Origin: Octopus sinensis
Lineage: Eukaryota
DNA length: 64,000 bases
Direction: 5' to 3'
Assembly (NCBI RefSeq): GCF_006345805.1
Contig: NC_043002.1
Span: 42,780,001-42,844,000 of the forward strand
How positions within the stretch are numbered: the first letter of the stretch is position 1; every line of letters begins with the position of its first letter. A program made the position numbers and the translations under genes. This document shows, one piece after another, positions 63,738 to 64,000 of the stretch. The notes beneath the pieces were generated by a model. That model worked only from the letters and a program-made list of their open reading frames with translations. It was not told where the DNA came from and made no database searches.

Positions 63738-63901
63738 GATGTAATTGTATTTTATATTTCTATTTCCATGTCTAGTTATATTTACAATATACTATGTATA
63801 ATGTCTTTGCTGTTATGTAATGGTGTAATAAAGTATTGATTGGGTATTATCTGATGGTTGATGATTGATTGATATAAGTATGTTTCTCCATTTTCTCATT
63901 T

Positions 63902-63949
<48 letters not shown>

Positions 63950-64000
63950 GATACACACATATATGTATATGTGCAAAAACAGTAATGACATGAACTTTTG

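Noticed and set aside
50000-64000. A second host gene downstream of CUL1
   Set aside because: No splice-bounded segment with recognisable protein similarity was found; short or poorly conserved exons cannot be excluded by eye.

Overview
Eukaryotic, AT-rich, repeat-dense DNA. The repeat families and microsatellite load suggest an octopus (coleoid cephalopod) genome; this is inference. The only host gene is the 3' part of cullin-1 (CUL1) on the + strand. It has 13 GT-AG exons from 4354 to the stop at 49787, joining in frame to about 457 aa, and earlier exons lie left of the window. Introns and downstream DNA contain RTE and CR1-group LINEs, several tRNA-derived SINE families, mariner relics, hAT- and piggyBac-type MITEs, a non-autonomous Helitron and microsatellites. 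The most notable signal is a set of self-cleaving-ribozyme modules in non-coding mobile elements. Five hammerhead motifs with canonical cores lie at 2764 (+), 3053 (-), 10959 (-), 15345 (+) and 63624 (+), with variant or decayed relatives elsewhere. Two of them are the arms of a foldback element later invaded by a Helitron, a CR1 LINE and a SINE. A young ~370-bp retroposon (40360-40727, 14-bp TSD) joins an HDV-ribozyme-like structured head to an RTE tail. All RNA folds were paired by eye, none was computed or tested, and repeat boundaries are approximate unless a TSD or TIR is cited.
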